Shown here: positions 1 through 10,262 of the stretch, in pieces
How the letters are laid out: each line of letters begins with the position of its first letter
Position numbering within the stretch: the stretch's first letter is position 1
Assembly (NCBI GenBank): GCA_963726485.1
Contig: CAVSCL010000011.1
Span: 38,966 to 102,965 of the forward strand
Direction: 5' to 3'
Length of the DNA stretch: 64,000 nucleotides
Source: an uncultured beta proteobacterium
GTDB lineage: Bacteria > Pseudomonadota > Gammaproteobacteria > Burkholderiales > Thiobacillaceae
The notes under the pieces: generated by a model
Databases searched by the model: none
Seen by the model: the letters and a program-made list of their open reading frames with translations, nothing else
Told to the model about the DNA's origin: nothing
Position numbers and translations under genes: made by a program

Positions 1-961
1 ACAGCCTTGGCCGCTGGTGGGTGGGCACCTTATCTCGTCCTTCATCGGTGTTGCCTGCGTCAGCAATATTCCCGATCCCTGGCTCGCGTCTGCCTTGGCT
101 GTAGCGCTGTCCATTCTCGCCATGCTCTTTACGCACAGCTTGCATCCCTCCGGCGGCGCGGTCGCATTGGTGGCGGTGCTGGGCGGGGAGAGCATCCGTG
201 CCAAGGGTTATGGGTTTGTGCTGGAACCGGTAGGGCTGAATGCGCTGCTTATGCTGGTTATGGCAATAGCCGTCAACAACCTCCTGCCCGGCCGTCGCTA
301 TCCCGCGCGCGCCGCACCCCAGAAGGACCGCAAGCACCACCACGACGACCCTATGCCTCTAAGCCGTGTGGGTCTGGACCGTGAGGACCTGCACGGCGCC
401 CTGCGCGATCTGGACATCTATCTGGATATCAGCGAGGACGATCTTGTCCAGGTTTACGATCGAGCGGGTAACCACGCCTTCCGCCGCAAGATGGGCAACA
501 TCCTTTGCAGCGACATCATGTCCCGCGATCTGGCCACCGCCGAATACGGAACCGAACTGGAAGAAGTCTGGGCCCGTCTGCGTTTCCACCGCGTCAAGGC
601 GATTCCGGTAGTGGATCGCTTCCAGCGCGTCATCGGCATCGTGACGCTGGTGGACTTCCTCAAGCGCGCCAATCTGAAAACCTATGAAACGCTCGAAGAC
701 AAGCTGATCAAGTTCATCCGCCGCACGCCGGGAATCAGCGCCGAGAAACCCGAGGTGGTAGGACAGATCATGGCATCCCCGGCGGTAACAGCACATACGG
801 ATATGCACATCGTCGAACTGGTGCCCCTGTTGTCGGACAAGGGCCTGCACCATATCCCGGTAGTGGATGGGGATGGCCGCCTGGCGGGCATGGTGACCCA
901 GTCCGACCTGATCGCCGCGTTGTACGCCGGCTTCGTCATGAAGGATGAGCCTGGGCGGTAG
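1..961 (+). CDS. HPP family membrane protein with C-terminal CBS domains (5' end outside window)
   Basis: HPSGGAVAL motif in hydrophobic helices, then two CBS repeats (IMSRD..KAIPVVD, IMASP..HHIPVVD); frame open from window start. Confidence 0.85.
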   Translation, partial: QPWPLVGGHLISSFIGVACVSNIPDPWLASALAVALSILAMLFTHSLHPSGGAVALVAVLGGESIRAKGYGFVLEPVGLNALLMLVMAIAVNNLLPGRRYPARAAPQKDRKHHHDDPMPLSRVGLDREDLHGALRDLDIYLDISEDDLVQVYDRAGNHAFRRKMGNILCSDIMSRDLATAEYGTELEEVWARLRFHRVKAIPVVDRFQRVIGIVTLVDFLKRANLKTYETLEDKLIKFIRRTPGISAEKPEVVGQIMASPAVTAHTDMHIVELVPLLSDKGLHHIPVVDGDGRLAGMVTQSDLIAALYAGFVMKDEPGR

Positions 962-995
962 CGTGGGAAGCTATTCTGAGCTTACCGGAACTAGC

Positions 996-1200
996 ATCAG
1001 CGCCACCGCCCGCGATTTCCTTGCTGCTGCTCACCCGGCGCGAGGACCCCGCACGCTTTTCTTCAGCCGCCGCCTGGTGAGCGAAGGGGATACCGAGCTC
1101 GGCCTCACCGTCAAGAACCTGCTCGATGCGCTCGATCCCGAGACGGTACTGAACCGTCTGCCGTTGCCGCTGGCGCGTGCCGCACAGCGCCTGATGGCGG
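996..1200 (+). pseudogene. C-terminal remnant of an SCP2-domain UbiT/YhbT-like protein
   Basis: ISATARDF..(T)LFFSRRLVSEGDTELGLTVKNLLDALD; a +1/-1 shift restores LLLLTRREDP-TLFF; no N-terminus or start codon. Confidence 0.65.
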
Positions 1201-1324
1201 CGGAGACGCTGCTTGGTTTCTCAGCCAACAGCAGGCTACAGACCGGCTGTGCGTTGTTGACCCGATCGCCGACCCGATGCCCGTTCCGGCAGGGAACGGG
1301 CATGTATCAAGCCGGGCCGGGTTC

Positions 1325-2023
1325 TCAGGCTTTCGCCAAATTCTCCGCCGCGAAATCCCAGTTGACCAATTTTTCAAGCACGGCGTTGACGTAATCTGCC
1401 CTGCGATTCTGGTAGTCGAGGTAGTAGGCGTGTTCCCACACGTCGATGGTAAGCAGCGGCTTCATACCCTTGGTCATGGGGTTCTCGGCATTGCCCGTCT
1501 TGACCACCTTGAGCTTGCCGGCATCCGACACCAGCCAGGCCCAACCGCTACCGAACTGGCCCATGGCCGCCCCAGCGAGTTCCTTCTTGAGTGCATCGAA
1601 ACCACCGAAGGACGCGTCGATCTTCTCGGCCAGGATTCCCGCTGGTTTGCCTCCGCCGTTGGGTTTCATGCTGGACCAGTAGCAGGTGTGATTCCATACC
1701 TGCGCGGCGTTATTGAACACGCCTGCTTTGTCCGCATTGCCGGCACTCGCCAGGATGATCCTGTCCAGACTCATATCAGCCATGTCCGTGCCGGCGATGA
1801 GCTTGTTCAGATTGTCCACGTAAGCCTTGTGATGTTTGCCGTAATGGAAGCCGATCGTCCTGGCCGAGATCACGGGCTCCAGCGCCCCCTCACCGTAAGG
1901 AAGCGGCGGCAGAACAAACGGCGTGGCGGCGCGTGCAATACTGGGCACGCCGACCAGGGTGCTGGCGGTGAAAGCGCTGGCGGCAATTAAGAAATCACGG
2001 CGGCTGAAAAGGGATTCACGCAT
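1325..2023 (-). CDS. sodB: Fe/Mn superoxide dismutase (Fe-type signature) with twin-arginine signal peptide
   Basis: [33 protein letters not shown] motifs; N-terminal SRRDFL plus hydrophobic stretch plus ARA. Confidence 0.9.
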   Translation of the reverse strand: MRESLFSRRDFLIAASAFTASTLVGVPSIARAATPFVLPPLPYGEGALEPVISARTIGFHYGKHHKAYVDNLNKLIAGTDMADMSLDRIILASAGNADKAGVFNNAAQVWNHTCYWSSMKPNGGGKPAGILAEKIDASFGGFDALKKELAGAAMGQFGSGWAWLVSDAGKLKVVKTGNAENPMTKGMKPLLTIDVWEHAYYLDYQNRRADYVNAVLEKLVNWDFAAENLAKA

Positions 2024-2243
2024 GCTTGTCTCCTAAATAGAAAAAGGCGGTCGACGTTTCGGATGGTCGATCCATCAGGATAGACAATTTAAACCTGACA
2101 CAGAGCCATTTGGAGAATTGGCCAGATCGGTGCCTGAAAAATCCGGGGAAGTCCAAAAAACCATTTCCACCGCATTACCACATTGACGCGACCGACGCCG
2201 GGGAAGAATATCCCTGCACACCCCACGCTGGATTTCGGGTGCC

Positions 2244-2510
2244 GTGACGCAGCCCGCGTTCAGGGCAGCGCTGCAACTGATCCGCGCCTTCGAGGAGAAC
2301 CTGCGGCATGCGCTGCAAGGGCGGCTGACGCTGCGCCGGGCTTATCTCCCTCTCGGCATCGCACAATTGCGATTTCCCCAGCCAGGTCGGGTCGAACCTC
2401 GCGCGGGCACGCGACGACCCAGGCAACACGAACGACTGACGCAACCCCGTCATATCCCCAAAACCGAACTCGTCAAATGGCGGCAGGCACTTATGGGGAG
2501 CGCTTACGGC
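2244..2510 (+). mobile_element. Degenerate C-terminal fragment of an IS4-family-like transposase
   Basis: FRAALQLIRAF...IAQLRFPQPGRVEPRAGTRRPRQHERLTQPR resembles the IS4 transposase C-terminal RPGRxEPRxxKRRPK motif; no DDE core. Confidence 0.55.
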
Positions 2511-2672
2511 AACGCCATTGGCCAGCGTCCCCTTTACCCTTTATGCGGCTGTTCAGGCGAGAAGGGCTCAAGCTTATAATCCAGAGCCAACCGACGTTCA
2601 ATTGCCGACCCGAAACAAGGCACCGTGGTTGTGGCAGAAGATCGTTACTTCAGGTGGAGCAAGCTTTGCAAC

Positions 2673-3662
2673 ATGGCGAATGAAGAATCCCAAGGCATCG
2701 GGGAAGGCGCCAGCCCCCCGCGACGGCGGTCCAGGCAGGCATTCCGGGTACTTTTCCTCCTCGCCGCCATGTTGATCGTGCCAACGGCGCTCACCCTCAG
2801 CAGTGTCGAGCATCCGGGCGTGCTGAGCATCGCTTCGGACAACCCCACTCCCTACGGCTACACACGGAGCCTGCTTTTGTTTATCGTGCCGGTGGCCGTA
2901 CTGGGGGGCTGGTTTGCCCGCCGCCCGGAGCTGCACTTCCCGCGCCAAGCATACTGGCGAACCCTCGCACTCCTGGTGCCGCTGGGCTTCTTCCTCGACC
3001 TGGCCTTCGGCAACGCCTTCTTCGTCTTCCCCAATCACGGAGCGACCCTGGGGTTCGGCATCCCGGCCATGGGCGGAACGGTCCCGATCGAGGAGTTCGT
3101 GTTCTACCTTACCGGCTTCATGGCGGCGCTGATGAGCTACATCTGGGCGGACGAATACTGGATGAGCGCCTACAATGTCCCTGACTACCGGGAAGCGACG
3201 CGCGGCATGGTGCGCATCGTGCGATTTCACTATCCGTCCGTTCTGTTCGGGGTCGTGCTGATCGCTGCTGCGGCCATTTACAAGCGGTTCTTCTCAGGTT
3301 CAGCGGACGGTTTTCCCTGGTATTTCACCTACCTCACGCTGGTAGCCCTGGTTCCTTCTGCCGGATTTTTCCACAGCGCCAGGCCGTTCGTGAACTGGCG
3401 CGCATTCAGCTTCACCTTCTTCCTCATGCTGTTCATCAGCCTGCTTTGGGAGGTGACCCTGGCATTGCCGTACGGCTGGTGGGGATTCCGGCCGCAGGCC
3501 ATGATTGGATTGCGCATCGATGCATGGTCCGGTCTGCCCATCGAGGAACCCCTGGTCTGGATGGCGGTAAGCTACGCCACGGTGATCGTCTATGAGGTCA
3601 TCAAGATCTGGCTGGCGCTGGGGACAAGGGCTGCGGAGGCGTTCTTCGGCGCGCGGCGATAG
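2673..3662 (+). CDS. Polytopic membrane protein with two lycopene-cyclase-like domains
   Basis: Multiple TM segments; repeated motifs GTVPIEEFVFY and GLPIEEPLVW, typical of CrtYc/CrtYd-type domains. Confidence 0.6.
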   Translation: MANEESQGIGEGASPPRRRSRQAFRVLFLLAAMLIVPTALTLSSVEHPGVLSIASDNPTPYGYTRSLLLFIVPVAVLGGWFARRPELHFPRQAYWRTLALLVPLGFFLDLAFGNAFFVFPNHGATLGFGIPAMGGTVPIEEFVFYLTGFMAALMSYIWADEYWMSAYNVPDYREATRGMVRIVRFHYPSVLFGVVLIAAAAIYKRFFSGSADGFPWYFTYLTLVALVPSAGFFHSARPFVNWRAFSFTFFLMLFISLLWEVTLALPYGWWGFRPQAMIGLRIDAWSGLPIEEPLVWMAVSYATVIVYEVIKIWLALGTRAAEAFFGARR

Positions 3663-3910
3663 ACGGTCTTCCTGCCCGCAGCGCTACACCGCACTGCTGA
3701 ACTTTCCGACCACCACCGATAAACCGGGGGCGGCTCAATATCCGCTTCGGGCAGATTGGCTGACACCTCTGCAGCAATCATCCTGGCTAAATGTGGTTTC
3801 TCGCGGCATTACGGAATTTTCGCCGGCTGCGGCGGCGGACTGCCGTTCGACGATGGCAAGGCGGACTCGGGTTCAGCGTGCTGCCGAAACCGGTACGCGC
3901 CGCCAATCCG

Positions 3911-5968
3911 CTATAACACCCACCCCGCCAGGTCCAGTGACCCGCGCACCGCAGCCGCCACTGCGAGTGCCACGCCGATGGAGAGCAAGACTGAATAGAG
4001 CGCGTCGCGCCGGCCGAGCAGCTTCAGCATCATGGCGAAGGTGGACACGCAGGGCACATAAAAGGTCAGGAACGCCAGGAAGGTGGCAATCTGCGTGGTG
4101 TCGAGCACGCTGGCCAGTTCCTGCGTGCCGAGCGCCTGGAACACCATGAGCAGGGACAGCTCCTTGCGCAGCACGCCGAACAGGATCGGCACGCCCAGCG
4201 CCACCGGCAGCCCCAGCCACCATACCGTTACCGGAGTGAGACCGAGATTGATCCAGGTGTCGGCGCCGTAATGGCTCAGCAGCGCCAGCACCACGCTGCC
4301 CGCGACCAAGAGCGGCAGCACGATGGTGACGATGTCGCGGCTGCGCTCCCAGGTATTGGCCAGCACGGCGTGCAGCGTGGGCACGGCGTAGGCGGGAATC
4401 TCCTGGATCATGCCGGGCGTGGTCTCGGGATAGCGGCGCTTGAGCAGCTTGCCGACCAGGCTGACGACGATGGGGATGAGCATGAAGAGCGCGAATACGC
4501 CGAAGCCGCCGAGGTACTTGCCGCCCACCGCCAGCAGGATGGCCGAACGCGCCGAACACGGCAGGAAGGTGATCAGCAGCGAGGCCACCGTGCGGTCTCG
4601 GCCGTGGGTGACGGCGGCGGTGGCGGCCAGCGCCGGCACGTTGCAGCCCAGCCCCATCAGAAAAGGCAGGGCGACGCCGCCGTGCAGTCCCAGGCGATGG
4701 AAGCCGCGATCGACCACGAAGGCCACGCGGTGCATGATCCCGGACTCTTCCAGCAACACCAGCAGCAACACCAGCGGGATCATGTAGGGGATGACGATGC
4801 CCGCCAGGCCGATGAGGCCGTCCAGCACGGCGCGGGCGACGATACCCGTGAGTTCGGTCGGTTGCCACGGCTCGGCCCACGCGATCAGGCGCGCGACCGT
4901 GAGGCGGTCGAGAAAGGCGCTTACCTCGAATACGAAGAACAGCACCAGCGCAAAGACCGCCAGCGTGCCGGCGAAGCCCCAGCGCGGATGCAGGAAGAGA
5001 TCGTCCGCCCAGCGTTGCCAGAGCGGCTGCTCACCCTGCTGGCCGGGACGGTTCACCGACTCGACCAGCATGGCGGCGCGGTGATGCCGGTCGGCGTGGA
5101 TTTCCTCCGCCAGCGGGCGCGGCAAGGCCGCGTCGGCGCGGGCGCGCGCGGTGAGCAGGGCAGCGTACTGGTCAGGGAAATGCGCCTGCAATTCCCGCGC
5201 GAAGTAGTCGTCATTCTCCGCGAGTTGCAGCGTCAACAAAGCTTCGGGCACCGCGAACGCCGCCGCCACTACCGGCTGTCGGGCGATGTCGGCAATGGCT
5301 CGCAATTGCGCTTCGATGTGCGCGCTGGGCGGATGGGCTGATTGCTGCGCGTGTGCGGACCTCGCGTCGCGCGCGGCGCGCACCACGGTGGTAAACAGAT
5401 CGGCCAGACCGATGCCCATGTGCGCCACGGTAGGCACCACCGGCGCGCCCAGTTTGGCCGACAGGGCGCGCACATTGATGAACCGCCGCCTGGCACGCGC
5501 CTCGTCCATGCGGTTGAGCGCAAACACCATCGGCCTGTCCAACGGCATCAGTTCCAGGGCGAGTTCGAGATCGCGCTCCAGCGCCGTGGCGTCCATCACC
5601 ATCAGAAGCACGTCGGGTGCGGCAAATGCGCCCGCCGGCTGATGCGCCTCGTGCCGCGCGATGGCCGGCCAGCGGTCGCCCCACAGCAGATACTTCAGTG
5701 TCACGCGCGAGTCGTCGTCCGGATGGTGAAAGCCGTCGATGGCTGGCAACGCCACCAGGGAAATCTGATCGATCCCCACCTCGACCAGGCATTCCTCATA
5801 CGCGGGTCCGATGCCGGCCAGGCGCTCGTGGCGTGTCGAGGTGCTGGCGGCAGCGCGGAAGATGCTGTGCTTGCCGCTGCCGATGCGGCCGATGATAGCA
5901 ACGCGCGGCCGGCTTGCGCCGCGCAATCCTGGGCCGTGGAGGGGGAAGGTATGCGTGGGCGAGGTCAT
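3911..5968 (-). CDS. feoB: FeoB-like ferrous iron transporter with degenerate GTPase motifs
   Basis: N-terminal G-domain-like region (GRIGSGKHS, VMDATALER, NRMD); FeoB membrane motifs LEESG, GLHG, GLGCNVPA, PCSAR, LRKE, FYVPC. Confidence 0.8.
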   Translation of the reverse strand: MTSPTHTFPLHGPGLRGASRPRVAIIGRIGSGKHSIFRAAASTSTRHERLAGIGPAYEECLVEVGIDQISLVALPAIDGFHHPDDDSRVTLKYLLWGDRWPAIARHEAHQPAGAFAAPDVLLMVMDATALERDLELALELMPLDRPMVFALNRMDEARARRRFINVRALSAKLGAPVVPTVAHMGIGLADLFTTVVRAARDARSAHAQQSAHPPSAHIEAQLRAIADIARQPVVAAAFAVPEALLTLQLAENDDYFARELQAHFPDQYAALLTARARADAALPRPLAEEIHADRHHRAAMLVESVNRPGQQGEQPLWQRWADDLFLHPRWGFAGTLAVFALVLFFVFEVSAFLDRLTVARLIAWAEPWQPTELTGIVARAVLDGLIGLAGIVIPYMIPLVLLLVLLEESGIMHRVAFVVDRGFHRLGLHGGVALPFLMGLGCNVPALAATAAVTHGRDRTVASLLITFLPCSARSAILLAVGGKYLGGFGVFALFMLIPIVVSLVGKLLKRRYPETTPGMIQEIPAYAVPTLHAVLANTWERSRDIVTIVLPLLVAGSVVLALLSHYGADTWINLGLTPVTVWWLGLPVALGVPILFGVLRKELSLLMVFQALGTQELASVLDTTQIATFLAFLTFYVPCVSTFAMMLKLLGRRDALYSVLLSIGVALAVAAAVRGSLDLAGWVL

Positions 5969-5981
5969 TTATTCGTGGTGT

Positions 5982-6162
5982 CTAGCAGCCCGTCGGACTT
6001 GACGCGCTGCACGTGGTCTTGCGGTAGCCAGTCTTCCACCGAAGCGGGAAAGGGTAGGCGGCCTTGCGGTCAATTGGGCGGAAGCGGTTCATGTTCTGGG
6101 GCGGCGCGCCTGGGTTGACGGATTATCAGGGATAAAAGTGGGAAAGTCCGACGGGCTGCCAG
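5982..6162 (-). mobile_element. Internally deleted IS1182-family element (MITE-like)
   Basis: Perfect 16-bp inverted repeats GCAGCCCGTCGGACTT (5985-6000) and AAGTCCGACGGGCTGC (6144-6159); internal ATG at 6092 (-) reads MNRFRPIDRKAAYPFP/SVEDWLPQDH, an IS1182 transposase N-terminus. Confidence 0.8.
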
Positions 6163-6316
6163 CTTTGCCGCCGCACGACTCGCAAAGGCCGCAGGCTTGC
6201 ACGAGCACACCGAAGGCACGGCAAGGGCAAGGCGACAGTTCGGGCTGAGCCAAATATAGGCTTCATTGAGTTAGAATCAAATTTTGCGCATCCCTGTTCC
6301 ATACACAGTAAACGCC

Positions 6317-6904
6317 ATGCGTACTGCCAGCGTCACCCGTAACACCCTGGAAACACAGATCACGGTAAGAATCAGTCTCGACGGAACCGGGGTATCGAAA
6401 CTCGATACCGGCGTGCCTTTCCTCGATCACATGCTCGACCAGATTGCCCGTCACGGGCTGATTGATCTCGATATCGCGGCTACGGGCGACCTGCAGATCG
6501 ACGCGCACCATACGGTGGAAGATACGGGTATCACCCTGGGCCAGGCATTTGCCCAGGCCCTGGGCGACAAGCAAGGCATTCGCCGTTACGGCCATGCTTA
6601 TGTGCCGCTGGACGAGGCTTTGTCGCGTGTGGTGATTGACCTGTCCGGGCGGCCGGGGCTGGAATACCATGTCGATTACACTCGTGCGCGTATCGGCGAG
6701 TTCGACGTGGATCTGTTCCTGGAGTTTTTCCGGGGTTTTACCAATCACGCAGGGGTGACGCTACATATCGACAATCTGCGCGGCATCAATGCCCATCACC
6801 AGGCCGAGACGATTTTCAAGGCCTTTGGACGCGCGCTGCGCGTGGCGGTGGAGATTGATGCGCGCATGGGCGATGTGCTGCCGTCAACCAAAGGTGCGCT
6901 ATGA
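6317..6904 (+). CDS. hisB: Imidazoleglycerol-phosphate dehydratase
   Basis: [29 protein letters not shown] motifs. Confidence 0.97.
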   Translation: MRTASVTRNTLETQITVRISLDGTGVSKLDTGVPFLDHMLDQIARHGLIDLDIAATGDLQIDAHHTVEDTGITLGQAFAQALGDKQGIRRYGHAYVPLDEALSRVVIDLSGRPGLEYHVDYTRARIGEFDVDLFLEFFRGFTNHAGVTLHIDNLRGINAHHQAETIFKAFGRALRVAVEIDARMGDVLPSTKGAL

Positions 6905-6932
6905 GCGTATCGCGGATTAGAGTGGCTGCATT

Positions 6933-7619
6933 GTGAGCGTTGATATAGCCGTGATCGACTACGGCATGGGTAATCTGCGCTCCGTGTCCAAGGCGATCGA
7001 GCATGTGGCCCCTGCGGCAAAAGTGGTGGTGACTTCCGACCCCGCAGTCATCGCCGCCGCCAGTCGCGTGGTGTTTCCAGGACAGGGTGCGGCGCCCGAC
7101 TGCATGTGCGAGATCGACGCGCGCGGCTTGCGGCAGGTGATCGTCGATGCCGCACGCAGCAAACCTTTTCTCGGCATTTGCATGGGGATGCAGGTGCTGT
7201 TCGAACACAGCGAGGAAGGCGATACCGATTGCCTGGGCGTACTGCCCGGTACGGTGCAGCGCTTTCCGCATGAGCTCATGCGCGACGATCAGGGCAACAA
7301 ACTCAAAGTGCCGCACATGGGCTGGAACAATGTGCATCAGGCGATGGCGCATCCCCTGTGGGCAGGCATCGGGGAGGGCGCGCGCTTTTATTTTGTGCAC
7401 AGTTATTTTGTGCAGCCGGCCTCCCCGAAGGTGATAGCGGGGTACTCGCATTACCCGTTTTCTTTTACCTGCGCCGTCGCGTCGGATAAACTCTTTGCCG
7501 TGCAGTTTCACCCGGAAAAAAGTCAGAATGCCGGGCTGATGCTGTTGGGTAATTTTGTGACATGGAATCCGGATTCCTCCGAAACCTCATGCGAAATGTC
7601 CGGCGCTACCTGCGCTTAA
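6933..7619 (+). CDS. hisH: Imidazole glycerol phosphate synthase glutaminase subunit
   Basis: IDYGMGNLRS, GICMGMQ, PHMGWN, QFHPEKS. Confidence 0.97.
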   Translation: MSVDIAVIDYGMGNLRSVSKAIEHVAPAAKVVVTSDPAVIAAASRVVFPGQGAAPDCMCEIDARGLRQVIVDAARSKPFLGICMGMQVLFEHSEEGDTDCLGVLPGTVQRFPHELMRDDQGNKLKVPHMGWNNVHQAMAHPLWAGIGEGARFYFVHSYFVQPASPKVIAGYSHYPFSFTCAVASDKLFAVQFHPEKSQNAGLMLLGNFVTWNPDSSETSCEMSGATCA

Positions 7620-7645
7620 TGCATTGACCATTTCAGACAATGCAT
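7619..7645. repeat. 27-bp palindromic repeat, family A copy
   Basis: ATGCATTG-ACCATTTCAGA-CAATGCAT; related copies elsewhere in the window. Confidence 0.7.
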
Positions 7646-7674
7646 AATCAATTAATTTGCATCATTAATTCATC

Positions 7675-8430
7675 ATGCTGATTATTCCCGCCATCGACCT
7701 TAAAGACGGCCACTGCGTGCGCTTGCAGCAGGGCGAAATGGACAAGGCCACGGTCTTTTCCGAAGACCCCGTCGCCACTGCGCAACACTGGAAGGTGCAA
7801 GGCGCGCGACGCCTGCATCTGGTGGACTTGAATGGTGCCTTTGCCGGCAAGCCGATCAATGACGCGGCGATCCGCTCTATTGTCGACGCCGTCGGTGACA
7901 ATATGCCGGTGCAACTCGGCGGCGGCATCCGCGATCTCGCCACCATCGAACGCTATCTGGATGACGGTGTGCGCTACGTCATCATCGGCACCGCGGCGGT
8001 AAAAAATCCCGGTTTCCTGCACGAGGCCTGCGATGCCTTCCCCGGCCACGTCATGGTCGGACTGGATGCGAAAGACGGCAAGGTGGCGGTCGAAGGCTGG
8101 TCCAAACTGACCGGACACGATGTGATCGATCTTGCCAGACGATTTGAAGGCTATGGCGTGGAAGCCGTGATCTACACGGACATTGGCCGCGATGGCATGT
8201 TGACCGGCGTGAACATCGAAGCCACGCAGCGCCTGGCGCAGGCACTGACCATCCCCGTCATCGCCAGCGGCGGCGTGACCAATCTGGATGACGTGACTGC
8301 GTTGTCGACCGTAGCCAAGGACGGCATTATCGGCGCCATCACCGGACGTGCGATCTATCAGGGCACGCTTGATTTTGCGCTTGCGCAAAAACTTGCCGAT
8401 GAACTGGCGGGCGGCGTGTTCGGAGTCTGA
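7675..8430 (+). CDS. hisA: ProFAR isomerase
   Basis: [39 protein letters not shown]. Confidence 0.97.
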   Translation: MLIIPAIDLKDGHCVRLQQGEMDKATVFSEDPVATAQHWKVQGARRLHLVDLNGAFAGKPINDAAIRSIVDAVGDNMPVQLGGGIRDLATIERYLDDGVRYVIIGTAAVKNPGFLHEACDAFPGHVMVGLDAKDGKVAVEGWSKLTGHDVIDLARRFEGYGVEAVIYTDIGRDGMLTGVNIEATQRLAQALTIPVIASGGVTNLDDVTALSTVAKDGIIGAITGRAIYQGTLDFALAQKLADELAGGVFGV

Positions 8431-8431
8431 C

Positions 8432-9187
8432 GTGCTGGCAATCAGAATCATTCCCTGCCTGGACGTGACCGATGGCAGAGTCGTTAAGGGTGTCAACTTC
8501 GTCGAACTGCAAGATGCCGGCGACCCGGTTGAAATCGCCCGCCGCTATAACGAGGCCGGAGCGGACGAACTGACCTTCCTCGATATCACCGCCTCGTCGG
8601 ACAACCGCGATTTGATTCTGCATATCATCGAAGACGTGGCCTCGCAGGTGTTCATCCCCCTGACCGTCGGCGGCGGCGTACGCGAAGTCGGCGATGTGCA
8701 ACGCTTGCTGAATGCGGGCGCGGACAAGGTCAGCATCAACACCTCGGCGGTGTTGAATCCGCAATTGGTCAAGGATGCGTCGGATCGTTACGGCTGCCAG
8801 TGCATTGTCGTCGCCATCGATGCCAAGCGGGCAGGGAACCACTGGGAGGTCTTTACCCACGGCGGTCGCAAAGCGACCGGCCTGGATGCGGTGGAATGGG
8901 CGAAGAAGATGGAAAGCCTGGGCGCAGGCGAATTGCTGCTGACCTCGATGGATCGTGATGGCACCAAGAGCGGATTCGATCTCGAACTCACGCGTGCGAT
9001 TTCCGACACGGTGGATATTCCCATCATCGCCAGCGGCGGGGTCGGCAATTTGCAGCATCTGGTCGACGGTGTAAAAGAAGGCCGTGCCGACGCCGTGCTG
9101 GCTGCGAGCATTTTCCACTTTGGCGAATACGGCGTGGATGAGGCCAAGCGTTACATGCAACAGCACGGCATCGAGGTGCGGCTGTGA
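8432..9187 (+). CDS. hisF: Imidazole glycerol phosphate synthase cyclase subunit
   Basis: GTG start; [30 protein letters not shown]. Confidence 0.97.
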   Translation: MLAIRIIPCLDVTDGRVVKGVNFVELQDAGDPVEIARRYNEAGADELTFLDITASSDNRDLILHIIEDVASQVFIPLTVGGGVREVGDVQRLLNAGADKVSINTSAVLNPQLVKDASDRYGCQCIVVAIDAKRAGNHWEVFTHGGRKATGLDAVEWAKKMESLGAGELLLTSMDRDGTKSGFDLELTRAISDTVDIPIIASGGVGNLQHLVDGVKEGRADAVLAASIFHFGEYGVDEAKRYMQQHGIEVRL

Positions 9188-9582
9188 ACTGGCTCGATGC
9201 CGTAAAGTGGGATGCGCAAGGCCTGGTTCCGGCAATTGCACAGGATGTCGCGACCGGCGACATCCTGATGGTGGCCTGGGTGAACCGCGAAGCGCTGGAA
9301 GAAACGGCGCGCACCCTGCGCGGCGTCTACTGGTCCCGTTCGCGCAACAAGCTGTGGCGCAAGGGCGAGGAATCCGGTCATGTGCAACGGGTGAGCGAAA
9401 TCCGCCTCGACTGCGATAACGATGTGATTCTGCTAATGGTCGAACAAATCGGCGGTATCGCCTGTCACACCGGAAGGCGCTCGTGCTTCTTCCGGAAACT
9501 GGTCATCAATGATCAGGGCGGCGGCGATTGGGTGACGACTGCCCCGGTATTGAAGAACCCGGATGAGATTTACCGCAAATGA
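9184..9582 (+). CDS. hisI: Phosphoribosyl-AMP cyclohydrolase
   Basis: [28 protein letters not shown]. Confidence 0.97.
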   Translation: MNWLDAVKWDAQGLVPAIAQDVATGDILMVAWVNREALEETARTLRGVYWSRSRNKLWRKGEESGHVQRVSEIRLDCDNDVILLMVEQIGGIACHTGRRSCFFRKLVINDQGGGDWVTTAPVLKNPDEIYRK

Positions 9583-9908
9583 GCGACATTCTGGATCGAC
9601 TGGCCGATACTCTGGAGGCGCGCAAACGGGCGTCGCCCGACAGTTCCTATGTGGCCAGGCTCTATGCCAAGGGGACTGATGCCATTCTCAAGAAAATCGG
9701 CGAAGAAGCCACCGAAATCGTCATGGCGGCCAAGGATGGCCAGTCCGAAAGGATCATCTATGAAGTGGCCGATTTGTGGTTCCATACCCTGGTGCTGCTG
9801 GCGCATTCCGGCTTGAAGCCGCAGGATGTGCTGGATGAACTGGCGCGGCGCGAAGGCTTGTCGGGGCTCACGGAAATGGCCACCCGAAAAGAGGGGGGTG
9901 GAAAATGA
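9579..9908 (+). CDS. hisE: Phosphoribosyl-ATP pyrophosphatase
   Basis: [24 protein letters not shown]. Confidence 0.97.
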   Translation: MSDILDRLADTLEARKRASPDSSYVARLYAKGTDAILKKIGEEATEIVMAAKDGQSERIIYEVADLWFHTLVLLAHSGLKPQDVLDELARREGLSGLTEMATRKEGGGK

Positions 9909-10244
9909 GCGACTGCATCTTCTGCAAAATCGCGCGCGGCGAGTTGCCGTGCAGACAAGGCATACGAAGACGAGGATTTACTGGTGTTTCACGACATTCA
10001 CCCAATGGCGCGGGTGCATTTGCTCATCATTCCCAGGCTGCATATCGAAAGTCTTGCCCATTGTGGGCCTGAGCATGAGAAAATCCTGAGCAAGATGTTG
10101 CTGTTGGCCCCCAGGCTTGCACGTGAATACGGACTGGAAAGCGGTTTCCGCACCCTTATCAATACCGGGCGCGGCGGCGGTCAGGAAGTGTTTCACATTC
10201 ATATTCATGTATTCGGCGGGGGCGATCCCGCGCCGCGCAACTAA
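9905..10244 (+). CDS. Histidine triad (HIT) nucleotide-binding protein; apparent +1 frameshift near 9952
   Basis: MSDCIFCKI at 9905 continues in another frame as [14 protein letters not shown]...[11 protein letters not shown]. Confidence 0.88.
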
Positions 10245-10262
10245 CGCAAGAGGAGAAATATC

